Shown: positions 25,833 through 37,206, numbered from the stretch's first letter. The stretch: DNA of 64,000 nucleotides from an uncultured Gemmatimonadales bacterium (GCA_963795085.1 CAWCFX010000001.1:536864-600863); one strand, 5' to 3'. Translations and numbers: made by a program. Notes: a model not told the origin generated them from the sequence alone.

Positions 25833-27151
25833 AACTGAGGTGGGCGGGACTGGTCCTCGGCCTCTGCCTTCCGGCGGAGGCCCTGTGCGCCCAGGAGCCG
25901 GAAACCGGCCCCATCGACCAGATCGTGGCGGTGGTCGGCCAGGCACCTATCCTGATGTCGCAGGTGCAGGAGGAGATCCTCGCCCAGCGCATGCAGGGCG
26001 TCCCGATCCCCACCGGGGAAGAGGAGATCCGGGAACTCCAGCAGCGGGTGCTCCAGGAGCTGATTGACGCGGAGTTGCTGCTCCAGGAGGCGGCGACCGA
26101 CACCATGGTCAAGGTGACCGACGACGAAGTCATCCAGGCCGTCGAGGCCCGGATCCGGCAGCAGCGGCGGGATATTCCCTCCGAGCTGGAGTGGCGGAAC
26201 GAGCTGCGGCGGGAAGGCTTTCTCACGCCCGAGGAATACCGCCGCTGGCTGATCGAGCAGCAGCGCCGGTTCTTCCTGCGGGAGAAGTACCTCCAGAGCC
26301 TGCAGGCCAGCCGCCGGCTGGTGCAGGTCCAGCCGACCGAAGCGGAACTGCGCGACTATTTCGACAAGCAGAAAGGATCGCTGTCGCCGGAGCAGCGGAA
26401 GACCCCGCCGGCGGTCTCCTTCCGGCAGGTGGTGGTGGCGCCCCGGCCCAGCGACGCGGCCCGGGCAGAGGCCCGGGCCCGGACCGACTCCATCGTGCGG
26501 GAACTGCGGAACGGCGCGGACTTCGCCGCCGCGGCCCGCCGGTTTTCGTCCGACCCCGCGTCCCGGGAAAAAGGCGGCGACCTGGGCTGGTTCCGGCGGG
26601 GCGTCATGATCGCCGAGTTTGAGCGGGTCGCCTTCCAGATGCGGCCCGGGGTGGTGTCCGAGCCGGTCGAGACCAGCTTCGGTTTTCACATCATCCAGGT
26701 CCAGCGGATCCAGCCGACTGAAATCCAGGCCCGCCATATCCTGGTCACGCCCGACGTGAGCCAGGCGGCGTCCGACAGCGCCCGGGCCCTGGCGGACCGG
26801 ATCGCCGAGCGAGTCCGGGAGGGCGGGGCGGTGGATTCGCTGCAGCTGCGGTATCACGACGCGGCCGAGCTCAAGATCGCCGAGGATGCGCCGCTGTCGC
26901 AGCTGCCCCCCGCCTACACCGCCCTGTCCACCGCGGACTCCGGGGCGGTCCTGGTGGTGACCCTTCCAGCCGAGCCGGAGGTGCGCAGCAAGTTCGCCGT
27001 GGTCCAGGTGGTCGGCCGCCGGGCGGAGGGCGAGATCTCGTTCCAGGACGTGAAAGAACTGATCCGGCCCCGGGTGGCGGAACAGCTTGCCATCCAGCGC
27101 TACGTGGCCCAGCTCCGCGAGAAGACTTACGTGGAGATCCGGCCGATTTGA
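25829..27151 (+). CDS. surA: SurA-like periplasmic chaperone / PPIase
   Basis: Signal peptide, SurA N-domain-like region, and a parvulin domain (GGDLGWFRRGVMIAEFERVAF...SFGFHIIQV). ATGA overlap with the upstream gene; pdxA follows, as in E. coli surA-pdxA. Confidence 0.75.
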   Translation: MKLRWAGLVLGLCLPAEALCAQEPETGPIDQIVAVVGQAPILMSQVQEEILAQRMQGVPIPTGEEEIRELQQRVLQELIDAELLLQEAATDTMVKVTDDEVIQAVEARIRQQRRDIPSELEWRNELRREGFLTPEEYRRWLIEQQRRFFLREKYLQSLQASRRLVQVQPTEAELRDYFDKQKGSLSPEQRKTPPAVSFRQVVVAPRPSDAARAEARARTDSIVRELRNGADFAAAARRFSSDPASREKGGDLGWFRRGVMIAEFERVAFQMRPGVVSEPVETSFGFHIIQVQRIQPTEIQARHILVTPDVSQAASDSARALADRIAERVREGGAVDSLQLRYHDAAELKIAEDAPLSQLPPAYTALSTADSGAVLVVTLPAEPEVRSKFAVVQVVGRRAEGEISFQDVKELIRPRVAEQLAIQRYVAQLREKTYVEIRPI

Positions 27152-28077
27152 GGCCCCGGCTGGCCCTGACGCTCGGCGACCCGCGCGGCATCGGGCCCGA
27201 GATCGCGGCCCAGGCCCTGGCCGCCCCGCTGGAGGCGGACATCACCGTCGTCGGGGCCGAGGACCAGATCGCGGCGATCCCCGCCGCGAGGCGGGTCCCG
27301 GTCGGCCCCTGGCGGTCAGGATCGGGTGAGCCGGACCCGGCCGGGGGCGCTTCCCACGCGCGCAGCGTACTGGCGGGCAAGATCGCGGGGCATTCCGTCG
27401 AGACCGCGGTCCGGCTGGCCCAGGCCGGCGAGGTGGACGGCATCGTCACCGCCCCCATCAACAAGCACGCGCTGCATCTCGCCGGATTCCCCTTCCCCGG
27501 ACACACCGAATGGCTGGCGCATCTCGCCGGCGATATTGACGTCGCCATGATGCTGGCCGCGGGCCGGCTCCGGGTGGTCCTGGTGACGACCCATGTGGCG
27601 CTGCGGGACGTGCCGGCCCTGGTCACCGTGGACCGGATCGTCCGCACCGGCCGGGTGACCCGGCGGGCCCTGGCGGACTGGTTCGGCATCGCGGAACCCC
27701 GCCTCGCCCTCTGCGCCCTGAATCCCCACGCGGGCGAGTCCGGTCTCTTCGGCGACGAGGAGAAACGGGTGCTCGCGCCGGCCGCCGCGCAACTGGGCGC
27801 CGCGGGTCCCTTCCCGGCCGATACGGTGTTCGTGCGGGCGATGCGGGGCGAGTTCGATGCGGTGCTGGCGCCGTACCACGACGTGGGGATGACGGCCATC
27901 AAGGTGGCGGCGTTCGGGCAGGGGGTGAACGTGACGCTGGGACTGCCGTTTCCCCGGACATCGCCCGATCACGGCACCGCGTTCGATATTGCAGGGCAGG
28001 GCCGGGCGGACTGGGGCAGCATGCGGGAAGCCCTGGAACTGGCGGCGAGGCTGGCCGCCAGGAAGATCGGCGAGTGA
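27148..28077 (+). CDS. pdxA: 4-hydroxythreonine-4-phosphate dehydrogenase PdxA
   Basis: LALTLGDPRGIGPEI at the N-terminus, with NPHAGE and RTSPDHGTAFDIAG motifs. Confidence 0.9.
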   Translation: MRPRLALTLGDPRGIGPEIAAQALAAPLEADITVVGAEDQIAAIPAARRVPVGPWRSGSGEPDPAGGASHARSVLAGKIAGHSVETAVRLAQAGEVDGIVTAPINKHALHLAGFPFPGHTEWLAHLAGDIDVAMMLAAGRLRVVLVTTHVALRDVPALVTVDRIVRTGRVTRRALADWFGIAEPRLALCALNPHAGESGLFGDEEKRVLAPAAAQLGAAGPFPADTVFVRAMRGEFDAVLAPYHDVGMTAIKVAAFGQGVNVTLGLPFPRTSPDHGTAFDIAGQGRADWGSMREALELAARLAARKIGE

Positions 28078-28113
28078 CCATGGCCATGGGGCCAGGGCCA
28101 GTGATTCTTCGCG

Positions 28114-29529
28114 CTAGCTCTTGTCGGCGGTCGTCTCTTTTCCCTCCGGCACTCCGGGTTTCTCCTGCGGCGCCCAGACCCGGACCGTCTTCACCCGGCG
28201 GCCTTCCATCTCGCCCACTTCCAGCCCGAAGCCCTGCACGGTGACCCGGTCTCCCGGACGGGGGAGGCGGCCCAGTTCGCCGAAGATATACCCCCCCACG
28301 GTGGTGTACTCGGTATCGTCGACATCGACGTCGAACTCGGTGTTGAAATCGGTGATCGGCAGGGCACCGTCCACCACCGGCGCTCCCTGTTCCACCTGGC
28401 CGGTCGTCTCGGCGCGGTCGTACTCGTCATAGATCGCGCCGACGATCTCCTCCAGCAGGTCCTCCATGGTGACCAGGCCCGCGGTTCCCCCGTACTCGTC
28501 CAGCACGATGGCGAGATGGACCTTGAGCCGTTTCATATCGGCCAGTACATCCTCCACCTCCCGGGTGCCCGGCACGAAGAGCGGGGTCCGCATGATGGCC
28601 GACACCCGGTCCTCCGGGTTGGCGCGGAGCCGGATCAGGATATCCTTGGCGAGGACCACTCCAACGATCTCGTCGATGGTCTCCGCATAGACCGGGTACC
28701 GGGAGCGGCTCGCCTGGGCCACTTCGTCCGCCGCTTCGGCCACGGTCAGGTCGCTGGCGATCGCGGCCATCTGGGTCCGCGGCGTCATCACGTCCTGGGC
28801 GACCTTCTCGGTAAACTCGAAGACCCCTTCGATCAGCCGCGCGTCCTCCTCGCCCAGCCCGCCGCCTTCCTGGCTCTGCTCGACCAGCATCCGGATCTCT
28901 TCGGGCGAATGGAGCCGCTCGTGCTCGCCGGGCGGGTTGATCCGGGCCAGGCGGAGCAGCCGGTTGGCGGTGCCGTTCAGCAGCGCGATCGGTGCGGCCA
29001 TCACCCAGGTAAATCCCATGAGCGGGGCCGCGACCCAGCGGCTGACATGCTCCGGATAAAGGAGTGCCAGGGCCTTGGGAACCAGTTCGCCCAGGATGAT
29101 ATGCAGGACGGCGATAATGCTGAACGCGATGATCACCGACACGGTGTGGGTGGCGAAGGCCGCCGCGGCGGGGGGCAGCCAGCTGAAACCGTTGTCGATC
29201 AGGTGGGCCAGGGCCGGCTCCCCGATCCACCCCAGCCCCAGCGAGGCGAGGGTAATGCCCAACTGGGTGGCCGAGATGTACCGGTCCAGGTGGGTGATCG
29301 CGCGGCGAGCCAGGGCGGCCTTCTTGTCGCCATTCCGGGCCATCTCCTCCAACCGGGTCTTCCGGGATCCCACCAGCGCAAATTCGGCGGCCACGAAGAA
29401 GGCGTTGGCCAGCACCAGCAGGACCACGGAGAAAAGGCCCAGCAGCATTCGCGAAGGTTCATCCATGGGGATAAGGTTAGCGCCTATGGGTCCGGGGAGC
29501 GAGTGATCGGGGACCATCGGGCGGCTCAT
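28114..29529 (-). CDS. CNNM/HlyC-CorC family transporter (DUF21 + CBS pair + CorC_HlyC)
   Basis: DUF21 TM region (ANAFFVAAEFALV), two CBS domains and a C-terminal CorC_HlyC domain. An alternative start exists at 29466. Confidence 0.85.
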   Translation of the reverse strand: MSRPMVPDHSLPGPIGANLIPMDEPSRMLLGLFSVVLLVLANAFFVAAEFALVGSRKTRLEEMARNGDKKAALARRAITHLDRYISATQLGITLASLGLGWIGEPALAHLIDNGFSWLPPAAAAFATHTVSVIIAFSIIAVLHIILGELVPKALALLYPEHVSRWVAAPLMGFTWVMAAPIALLNGTANRLLRLARINPPGEHERLHSPEEIRMLVEQSQEGGGLGEEDARLIEGVFEFTEKVAQDVMTPRTQMAAIASDLTVAEAADEVAQASRSRYPVYAETIDEIVGVVLAKDILIRLRANPEDRVSAIMRTPLFVPGTREVEDVLADMKRLKVHLAIVLDEYGGTAGLVTMEDLLEEIVGAIYDEYDRAETTGQVEQGAPVVDGALPITDFNTEFDVDVDDTEYTTVGGYIFGELGRLPRPGDRVTVQGFGLEVGEMEGRRVKTVRVWAPQEKPGVPEGKETTADKS

Positions 29530-29589
29530 TAGCTCCAGGGATCACTGTAAAGTGTTGTCCTGCAAACGCATACACACTATGCTTCAGCC

Positions 29590-30513
29590 ATGAGGCCGCC
29601 TCCCGACTTCTGCGTGGTGCCCCCGCCGGCACCGGTAACCCGCCGCCTCTGGATCGTGCTGGTCCTGACCGGCGGCTTCATGGTGGTGGAGGCGGTCGGC
29701 GGGTACCTGAGCGGCTCCCTGGCGCTGCTGGCGGACGCGGGGCACATGCTCACCGACGTCGGGGCGATTGGCCTTTCACTGCTGACGGCCTGGATCGCCC
29801 AGCGGCCGGCGGACCGGAGCAAGACCTACGGTTACCTCCGGTGGGAAATCCTCGCCGCCTTGATCAACGGGGCGACCCTTTTCCTGATCGCCGGGTGGGT
29901 GGTCATCGAGGCCATTGGCCGGATCGGCCAGCCTCGGGAGATCGACGCCGGCATCTTTGTAACGGTGGCGGCGGTCGGCCTGCTGGTCAATGTCACGGGG
30001 CTGGTGCTGCTGCACGGATCGCACCGGGGCCATCTCAACGCCCGGGGCGTCTATCTCCATATCCTGAGCGACCTGCTGGGATCCGTCGGCGCCCTGGGTG
30101 CGGCCCTGGTGGTCGCCCTGAGCGGATGGACCCTCGCCGATCCCCTGATTTCCATCGTGCTGTCGATGCTCATCCTGGCGGGGGCCTGGCGGCTGGTCCG
30201 GGAGAGCACCGATATCCTGCTGGAGGCGGTGCCGGGGCATGTCTCCATGGAAGCGGTGCAGGCGCGGATGCTGGCGGTGCCGGGGGTGGCGACGGTCCAT
30301 GATCTTCATGTCTGGACCGTGACCAGCGGCCTGGTGGCCATGAGCGGCCATGCGGTGGTGCCCGCGCTGGACGATCATCCGGCCGCCCTCGACGAGATCC
30401 GGCGGGAGATGGCGGGGCTCGGCATCGGGCATGTGACGATTCAACTGGAGACCCGGCACGGTTGTCTGGAGATCCCCGGGGTCCGCCCCGAGCACGCGGG
30501 GCATGGCCATTAG
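29590..30513 (+). CDS. cation diffusion facilitator (CzcD/ZitB-like) efflux protein
   Basis: Six-TM CDF with LLADAGHMLTDV and HILSDLLGS metal-site motifs, plus a cytoplasmic domain. Confidence 0.9.
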   Translation: MRPPPDFCVVPPPAPVTRRLWIVLVLTGGFMVVEAVGGYLSGSLALLADAGHMLTDVGAIGLSLLTAWIAQRPADRSKTYGYLRWEILAALINGATLFLIAGWVVIEAIGRIGQPREIDAGIFVTVAAVGLLVNVTGLVLLHGSHRGHLNARGVYLHILSDLLGSVGALGAALVVALSGWTLADPLISIVLSMLILAGAWRLVRESTDILLEAVPGHVSMEAVQARMLAVPGVATVHDLHVWTVTSGLVAMSGHAVVPALDDHPAALDEIRREMAGLGIGHVTIQLETRHGCLEIPGVRPEHAGHGH

Positions 30514-30542
30514 GGGTGGGGGACGGGAGCACCGGAAACCGG

Positions 30543-30565
30543 CGCGGCGCGAGGCCGCGTTTTTT
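30543..30565 (+). terminator. Rho-independent terminator after the CDF gene
   Basis: cgcggc (30543-30548) pairs with gccgcg (30554-30559), with a 5-nt loop followed by tttttt. Confidence 0.7.
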
Positions 30566-30570
30566 GTGCC

Positions 30571-30599
30571 TTGCCACAGGGGCGTACCGTGTCTATATA
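30571..30599 (+). promoter_or_regulatory. sigma-70-like promoter upstream of typA
   Basis: TTGCCA (30571-30576), a 17-nt spacer, then TATATA (30594-30599). This leaves a leader of about 100 nt before the typA ATG at 30702. Confidence 0.5.
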
Positions 30600-30701
30600 T
30601 GCCGCCTTCAAGGCGGTTGCCGGTCAGGCCCCCGCCCCTCGTGTGGCCAGCGTACCCGGCGAATGGCACACTGGCGCACCGGTACAGGAGCAGGTAGAGA
30701 G

Positions 30702-32558
<1,857 letters not shown>

Positions 32559-32620
32559 ACAGGGACCGGTAGCAGTCAGGCAGAAAAAGCTGGGTTCACC
32601 ATTCTTTGCCGGAGGGACAC

Positions 32621-32878
32621 ATGTCGGCCTGGGAAGCGTCGATTGAAGCGATCGAACTGCGGCGTCGTCCGGACGATGACGACGAGTTCGAGGACGATGG
32701 CTTCACGTTCGACGACGAAGACGAGGACGACTTCGACGACGAGGACGAAGACTTCGACGACGAAGACGACGACTTCGATGATGACGACGAAGATGACATC
32801 GAAGAATTCGATTTCAACGAGGACGAGGACGAAGATGCCAAGCCCCGCCGCCGCACTCGGGGGGGAGACGGCTTCTAA
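32621..32878 (+). CDS. hyper-acidic 85-aa protein with a short basic C-terminal tail
   Basis: The ATG at 32621 is preceded by GGAGGG at good spacing. The sequence is dominated by D/E with spaced F (DDGFTFDDEDEDDFDDEDEDFDDEDDDFDDDDEDDIEEFDFNEDEDED) and ends KPRRRTRGGDGF. Confidence 0.55.
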   Translation: MSAWEASIEAIELRRRPDDDDEFEDDGFTFDDEDEDDFDDEDEDFDDEDDDFDDDDEDDIEEFDFNEDEDEDAKPRRRTRGGDGF

Positions 32879-32966
32879 CCGCCCTGCATCGATGGTGGGC
32901 GGTCCCCAGGCGGAGCTTGAATCGGCCCGGTGGACCGCTTACGTTCTCCCCCGGGAACCAAGGTTG

Positions 32967-33040
<74 letters not shown>

Positions 33041-33350
33041 TTCCCTTCCCCCTTTTCTCCCACCGCACCTCCCCCTCAGTTTCCCACCGGCCGGCCGATA
33101 CCTTCGGCCCTCCACCGGGCTCTGCCTCCGCCGTTTCACACCCGCGTGGTAAGCTGTCACCGGCGAGGTATCCCCGGAACACAGGCATGGCGCGTCAATG
33201 GTAAGGAGGGAGGCCTTGGCATCATCCGCACCGCTTTGGTACGGCCTTTCTCGTGGTGACTTCGCCAGCCCGGCCGCCGAATCTCCAGCCACCCATGGTG
33301 CGTAGGCAGCGGGATAGTTGCCAGAGCTTTCTCCTTTCCGAGACGATGCC

Positions 33351-33848
33351 ATGGTTTTCCTGCTTGCGTTCGCGTTCTCGCTGGTGCCTTTCATTCCCAA
33401 CCCGGTTCCTTCGCCGCGCGAAGAAGTCCTGGCCGTCACCCAGCGGATGGTGGTGGCCATGGAACGGCGGGATACCGCCGCACTGGCCGCGGTCTTCGCC
33501 CCCGGGGCCCGGCTGGTGGGCATGCGGACCCGAGCCGGCGACAGCGTGCCCTTCTTCCAGGAACTGACGGTGGAGCAGTTCGCACGGTTCGTCGGGCGAG
33601 ACTCGCTGCGCGGCCCCTGGATCGAGCGCCTCTGGGAGCCGGAGGTCCGCATCGAGGGCACCCTCGCCTCGGTATGGGCCCGTTACGACTTTCACTTCGG
33701 CCAGCGCTTCAGCCACTGCGGGGTGGACGCCTTTCACCTGCTGAAGACGCGGGATGGGTGGCGGATTACCGCACTGGCGGACACCTACCAGACCGAGGGC
33801 TGTCCCCGGCGCCCTGTCCCCCAGCCATCCGCTCGGAGCAAGCCATGA
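33351..33848 (+). CDS. NTF2-fold (SnoaL/DUF4440-like) protein with an N-terminal hydrophobic segment
   Basis: The pattern ...DTAALAAVFAPGARLVG...W...GTLASVWARYDFH...GVDAFHLLKTRDGWRI is typical of SnoaL-like folds from memory. The start is uncertain (33318 or 33351). Confidence 0.45.
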   Translation: MVFLLAFAFSLVPFIPNPVPSPREEVLAVTQRMVVAMERRDTAALAAVFAPGARLVGMRTRAGDSVPFFQELTVEQFARFVGRDSLRGPWIERLWEPEVRIEGTLASVWARYDFHFGQRFSHCGVDAFHLLKTRDGWRITALADTYQTEGCPRRPVPQPSARSKP

Positions 33849-34960
33849 AGGCCGCCCGTCTTGCCGTGTTTGCGCTCCTCTTCGCGGCTCCCGCGGCGAC
33901 GCATGCGCAGGAGGTGGCGCGCGACCGCGGTGCCCGCATGGTCCGCCTGGCGGAGGGGGTCTTCACCATCCTCCATGAAGACGCCACCCACGAATGGCCC
34001 ACCAACACGATGGACTGGCCCCATGGGAACACCGGCGTCATCCTCGGCGCTGCGGGGGTGCTGGTGGTGGATGCCACCCTGTACCCTTCGCGTGCCCGGG
34101 CCGACATCGGGCTCATCCGCGCGGTCACCAACCTGCCGGTACGCTGGCTGGTCAACACCCACTGGCACGGCGATCACACCCATGGCAACGCGGTCTACCG
34201 GGACTCCTTTCCCGGCCTGGCCATCATCGGAGCCCGCCAGAACCGCGACTTCATCGCGGTGAACCAGGCCCGGTATCCCACCTCGGCCGTCGCCCCCGGC
34301 TCGGCTCTCCGGGGCATCGTGGCCCACCTGGATTCGGTCCGCCGGTCCGGCCGCGACAGCACCGGGCGGCGATACAGCCCGGCCGAACTGGCCACCCTCG
34401 AAACCATCATTGGCGAGCGGAGGGTCCAGCTCGAGGAGTACGCCCAGGTCCGGGTCTCGCCGCCCGATGTCCTGTTCGATGGGAGCATGGCGCTCGACCT
34501 GGGCGCGCGGGCGGTGGAACTGGTGGACCGGGGCCGGGCCAACAGCCCCCACGACGTCACCGTGTACCTGCCCGCCGAGCGAATTCTCTTTAGCGGGGAT
34601 ATCGTCGTGCATCCCGTCCCCTATGCGTGGGAGTCCTACCCGGTGCCGTGGATCGACGTGCTGCGGGCGCTCGAGGCGACGCCCATCACCGCCATGGTCC
34701 CCGGCCACGGGCCCGTCATGCATGATCACCGCTACACCGCGCAGGTTCGCCGGCTGCTGGAGGCCACCCGGGAGCGGGCGGCGCGGCTGCTGGCCGCTGG
34801 GCAGTCCATCGCGGCGACGGCCGGAAAGGTGGACCTTGCTGACCAGCGGGCTGTCTTCGTCACCCCCGACGATCCCCTCACCGGCATCCTCTGGCGCGAC
34901 TCCATCCTGGGCGCCATGGTGGAACGCATGGCTGCCTGCGTCACCGGCTATCGCTGCTGA
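33845..34960 (+). CDS. MBL-fold metallo-hydrolase (secreted)
   Basis: Signal peptide MKAARLAVFALLFAAPAATHAQ and the HxHxDH motif NTHWHGDHTHGN. ATGA-type overlap with the upstream gene. Confidence 0.8.
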   Translation: MKAARLAVFALLFAAPAATHAQEVARDRGARMVRLAEGVFTILHEDATHEWPTNTMDWPHGNTGVILGAAGVLVVDATLYPSRARADIGLIRAVTNLPVRWLVNTHWHGDHTHGNAVYRDSFPGLAIIGARQNRDFIAVNQARYPTSAVAPGSALRGIVAHLDSVRRSGRDSTGRRYSPAELATLETIIGERRVQLEEYAQVRVSPPDVLFDGSMALDLGARAVELVDRGRANSPHDVTVYLPAERILFSGDIVVHPVPYAWESYPVPWIDVLRALEATPITAMVPGHGPVMHDHRYTAQVRRLLEATRERAARLLAAGQSIAATAGKVDLADQRAVFVTPDDPLTGILWRDSILGAMVERMAACVTGYRC

Positions 34961-34978
34961 GGGGTTTAGTTTCCCGGC

Positions 34979-35476
34979 ATGGGTGACGTGTTCGCGATCC
35001 TGCTGCTGCTCGCCAGCGTCGTGGTTGGGCTGCTGCTCATTCCGCTGGGGCTGCCCGGGCTCTGGGTCATGCTCCTGGGGCTGATCGGCTACGGGGCGCT
35101 CACCGATTTCCGCACGGTGGGACTGCTCACCCTCGCCCTCGCCACCGGTCTGGCGTTCTCTGGCGAGGTGGTCGAGTCCTGGGCCGGCTTCCGCTATGCC
35201 CGGAAGCACGGGGGGTCCCGGCGCGCCGGGTGGGGAGCCGTGATCGGCGGGCTGGTCGGCGCGTTCGCCGGGATTCCCATCCCCATCCTTGGGAGCATCA
35301 TCGGGTCCTTTCTCGGGTCCTTTGCCGGCGCGGCGATTTTCGAGTTCACCAGGTCCCCCGCGAACGCGGCGGGCGCCGGCTGGGGCGCCCTGGTTGGCCG
35401 GGTGGTGGCCACCGCCTTCAAGGTCGCGCTCGGTTTCCTGATTGCCCTCTTGGGCCTGATCGCCGTCCTCCGGTAG
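34979..35476 (+). CDS. DUF456-like membrane protein
   Basis: Gly-rich TM helices, with GLPGLWVMLLG and ARKHGGSRRAGWGAVIGGLVGAF blocks. Confidence 0.6.
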   Translation: MGDVFAILLLLASVVVGLLLIPLGLPGLWVMLLGLIGYGALTDFRTVGLLTLALATGLAFSGEVVESWAGFRYARKHGGSRRAGWGAVIGGLVGAFAGIPIPILGSIIGSFLGSFAGAAIFEFTRSPANAAGAGWGALVGRVVATAFKVALGFLIALLGLIAVLR

Positions 35477-35541
35477 GCTCTGGCCGCGTGGCCGTGACGC
35501 AGGTCGCATCCCGAAGCGCGGGTGCGGCCTTTCTTTTTGCC

Positions 35542-36246
35542 ATGGCCATCCTGCAAAAACGGACCTGGCGCCAACCCGCCGGGGAACCCGCTCTCCCCAA
35601 GATCGCGCTCCGGGCCCGCCGGAAATTCCTCAGGTTCTTCCCGGGGGGATTTCGCGACCCCACCTACCTGGAGTGGGAACGGGATTACAAGTGGCAGGCC
35701 CACGATTCCTGGGAGCAGTCCCTGGGCGACGAGGTGTATGCCGCCCGGCTCGATCGCGGCGATTTCGCGGCCATCGCGGCCGATGCGGTGCGGATCGAAT
35801 CCGCCACCAACCTGCTGTTCTCCTTTGAGAAGATGGCGCTCCGCGATGCGGTGCGATCCGCAACCGGTGCCCGGCAGTTTGCCGCGGGCCTCTACCAGTG
35901 GCTCTATGGCGAAGGGGAAGACCGCGACCGGTTCGAATCCTGGGTCGCCACAGTCGGCGACCTGCCCCGAAGGCAGACCCGGGTCCTGACCTGGCCGCTG
36001 GTGACCGTGTTTGGATTCCTCGCCCGGCCGTATGTGCACATGTTCCTGAAGCCCCGGGTGACCCGGCAGGCCGCGCTCGAATACGGCTTTGATTTCGAGT
36101 ACCGGCCGGAGCCCAACTGGGATACTTACGCCGGTCTCCTCGCCTTTGCCCGCCGGATCAAGCGCGATACCCGGGACCTTCGCCCCCGGGACATGATCGA
36201 CGCCCAGTCCTTCATCTGGGTTCAGGGCTCGGATGAGTACGACTAG
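35542..36246 (+). CDS. hypothetical protein (family not recognised)
   Basis: ORF 35230..36246 trimmed to MAILQKRTW after the DUF456 stop. The composition looks coding, but I recognise no motif. Confidence 0.55.
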   Translation: MAILQKRTWRQPAGEPALPKIALRARRKFLRFFPGGFRDPTYLEWERDYKWQAHDSWEQSLGDEVYAARLDRGDFAAIAADAVRIESATNLLFSFEKMALRDAVRSATGARQFAAGLYQWLYGEGEDRDRFESWVATVGDLPRRQTRVLTWPLVTVFGFLARPYVHMFLKPRVTRQAALEYGFDFEYRPEPNWDTYAGLLAFARRIKRDTRDLRPRDMIDAQSFIWVQGSDEYD

Positions 36247-36370
36247 CGGTCGGTGACGCAGGTCGCGGGGCCGGGCCCGTTTCCCCGTTATCCTCGTCTA
36301 TCGCCAGGCTTTTCACGGGTGCCTGGCGCCGAACACCACAGCTGACGACCGGAGCCGAGCTTGCCTGAGT

Positions 36371-36450
36371 CGGGCCAGCGGGCCAGTGGGTCAGCGGGTC
36401 AGTGGGTCAGCGGGTCAGTGGGTCAGTAGGCCAGTGGGTCAGTAGGTTCA
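36371..36450. repeat. 8-bp tandem repeat, about 10 units (YGGGYCAG), same family as 5536-5610
   Basis: Reads cgggccag|cgggccag|tgggtcag|cgggtcag|tgggtcag|cgggtcag|tgggtcag|taggccag|tgggtcag|taggttca. No inverted arm follows. The array ends a few nt before the SD AAGGAGG of the next gene. Confidence 0.9.
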
Positions 36451-36466
36451 TCATAAGGAGGGCACC

Positions 36467-36733
36467 ATGAAACAGGTCAAGGATCCCGTGTGCGGCATGA
36501 TGATTGACCCGGCGACGGCGGCCGGCCAGACGACCCGTGACGACACCACGTACTACTTCTGTTCCGATTCCTGCCGGACGGCATTTGAGTCGGAGCCCGA
36601 CCAGTACACCACGGAGAAACACGAGCCGCCCTTCACGGTATCAAAAAGCGGAATGACAGCGCCCAAGTTCGGCTCTGCCGGGAGTGGTGGCGCCGAGCTG
36701 GAGCCCGGGCCGGAACGACACGGCAAGAAATGA
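36467..36733 (+). CDS. YHS/TRASH-domain metal-binding protein
   Basis: DPVCGMMID...[16 protein letters not shown] is the YHS-domain pattern. A strong SD precedes the start. Confidence 0.75.
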   Translation: MKQVKDPVCGMMIDPATAAGQTTRDDTTYYFCSDSCRTAFESEPDQYTTEKHEPPFTVSKSGMTAPKFGSAGSGGAELEPGPERHGKK

Positions 36734-36873
36734 GTGTGGGCAGGGCGGCCGGTGCGGCGGAGTCATCCCGCCGTACCGGGCGCTCGTTTTCCAGGATATC
36801 GCCAATGTGTCGCGGTATTAGGTTACGGGTGGTTCAGTCCGCGGTTCGGCCTTCTCCCACCCAGGGTGCCTGC

Positions 36874-37206
36874 ATGAACGAACGGATGACGTCCACGACG
36901 TTCGATCTCCCCGGCTATCACGTGGTAGAATCCCTCGGTGTCGTGCGGGGGATCACGGTGCGCTCCCGGTCCGTGTTCGGCACCATCGGCGCGGCCCTGC
37001 AGACCCTCCGCGGCGGCAATATCACCATCCTCACCGAACTCTGCGAGATGACCCGGATCGAGGCTTTCCGCATCATGCTGCAGCACGCCGATGAAATCGG
37101 GGCCAATGCCGTGCTGGGCGTGCGGTACGACGCGACCGAGATCCTCAGCGGGGTCACCGAAGTGCTCTGCTACGGCACCGCGGCCCGGGTCGAAGCCGGC
37201 GCCTGA
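36874..37206 (+). CDS. YbjQ/UPF0145 family protein (putative heavy-metal-binding domain)
   Basis: ORF trimmed to [15 protein letters not shown]. The block [11 protein letters not shown]...YGTAARV is typical of UPF0145. Confidence 0.8.
   Translation: MNERMTSTTFDLPGYHVVESLGVVRGITVRSRSVFGTIGAALQTLRGGNITILTELCEMTRIEAFRIMLQHADEIGANAVLGVRYDATEILSGVTEVLCYGTAARVEAGA

Noticed and set aside
29530-29589. A metal-sensing riboswitch (for example NiCo or czcD-type) upstream of the CDF efflux gene.
   Set aside because: The gap is only 60 nt and is shared with a divergent gene. That is too short for the known about-100-nt element, and I see no matching conserved stems.
32596-32856. A poly-serine ORF (86 aa) antisense to the acidic protein gene.
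   Set aside because: It is the mirror image of the GAC/GAG/GAA-rich sense strand. It has no SD and an implausible composition, whereas the sense ORF has a strong SD.
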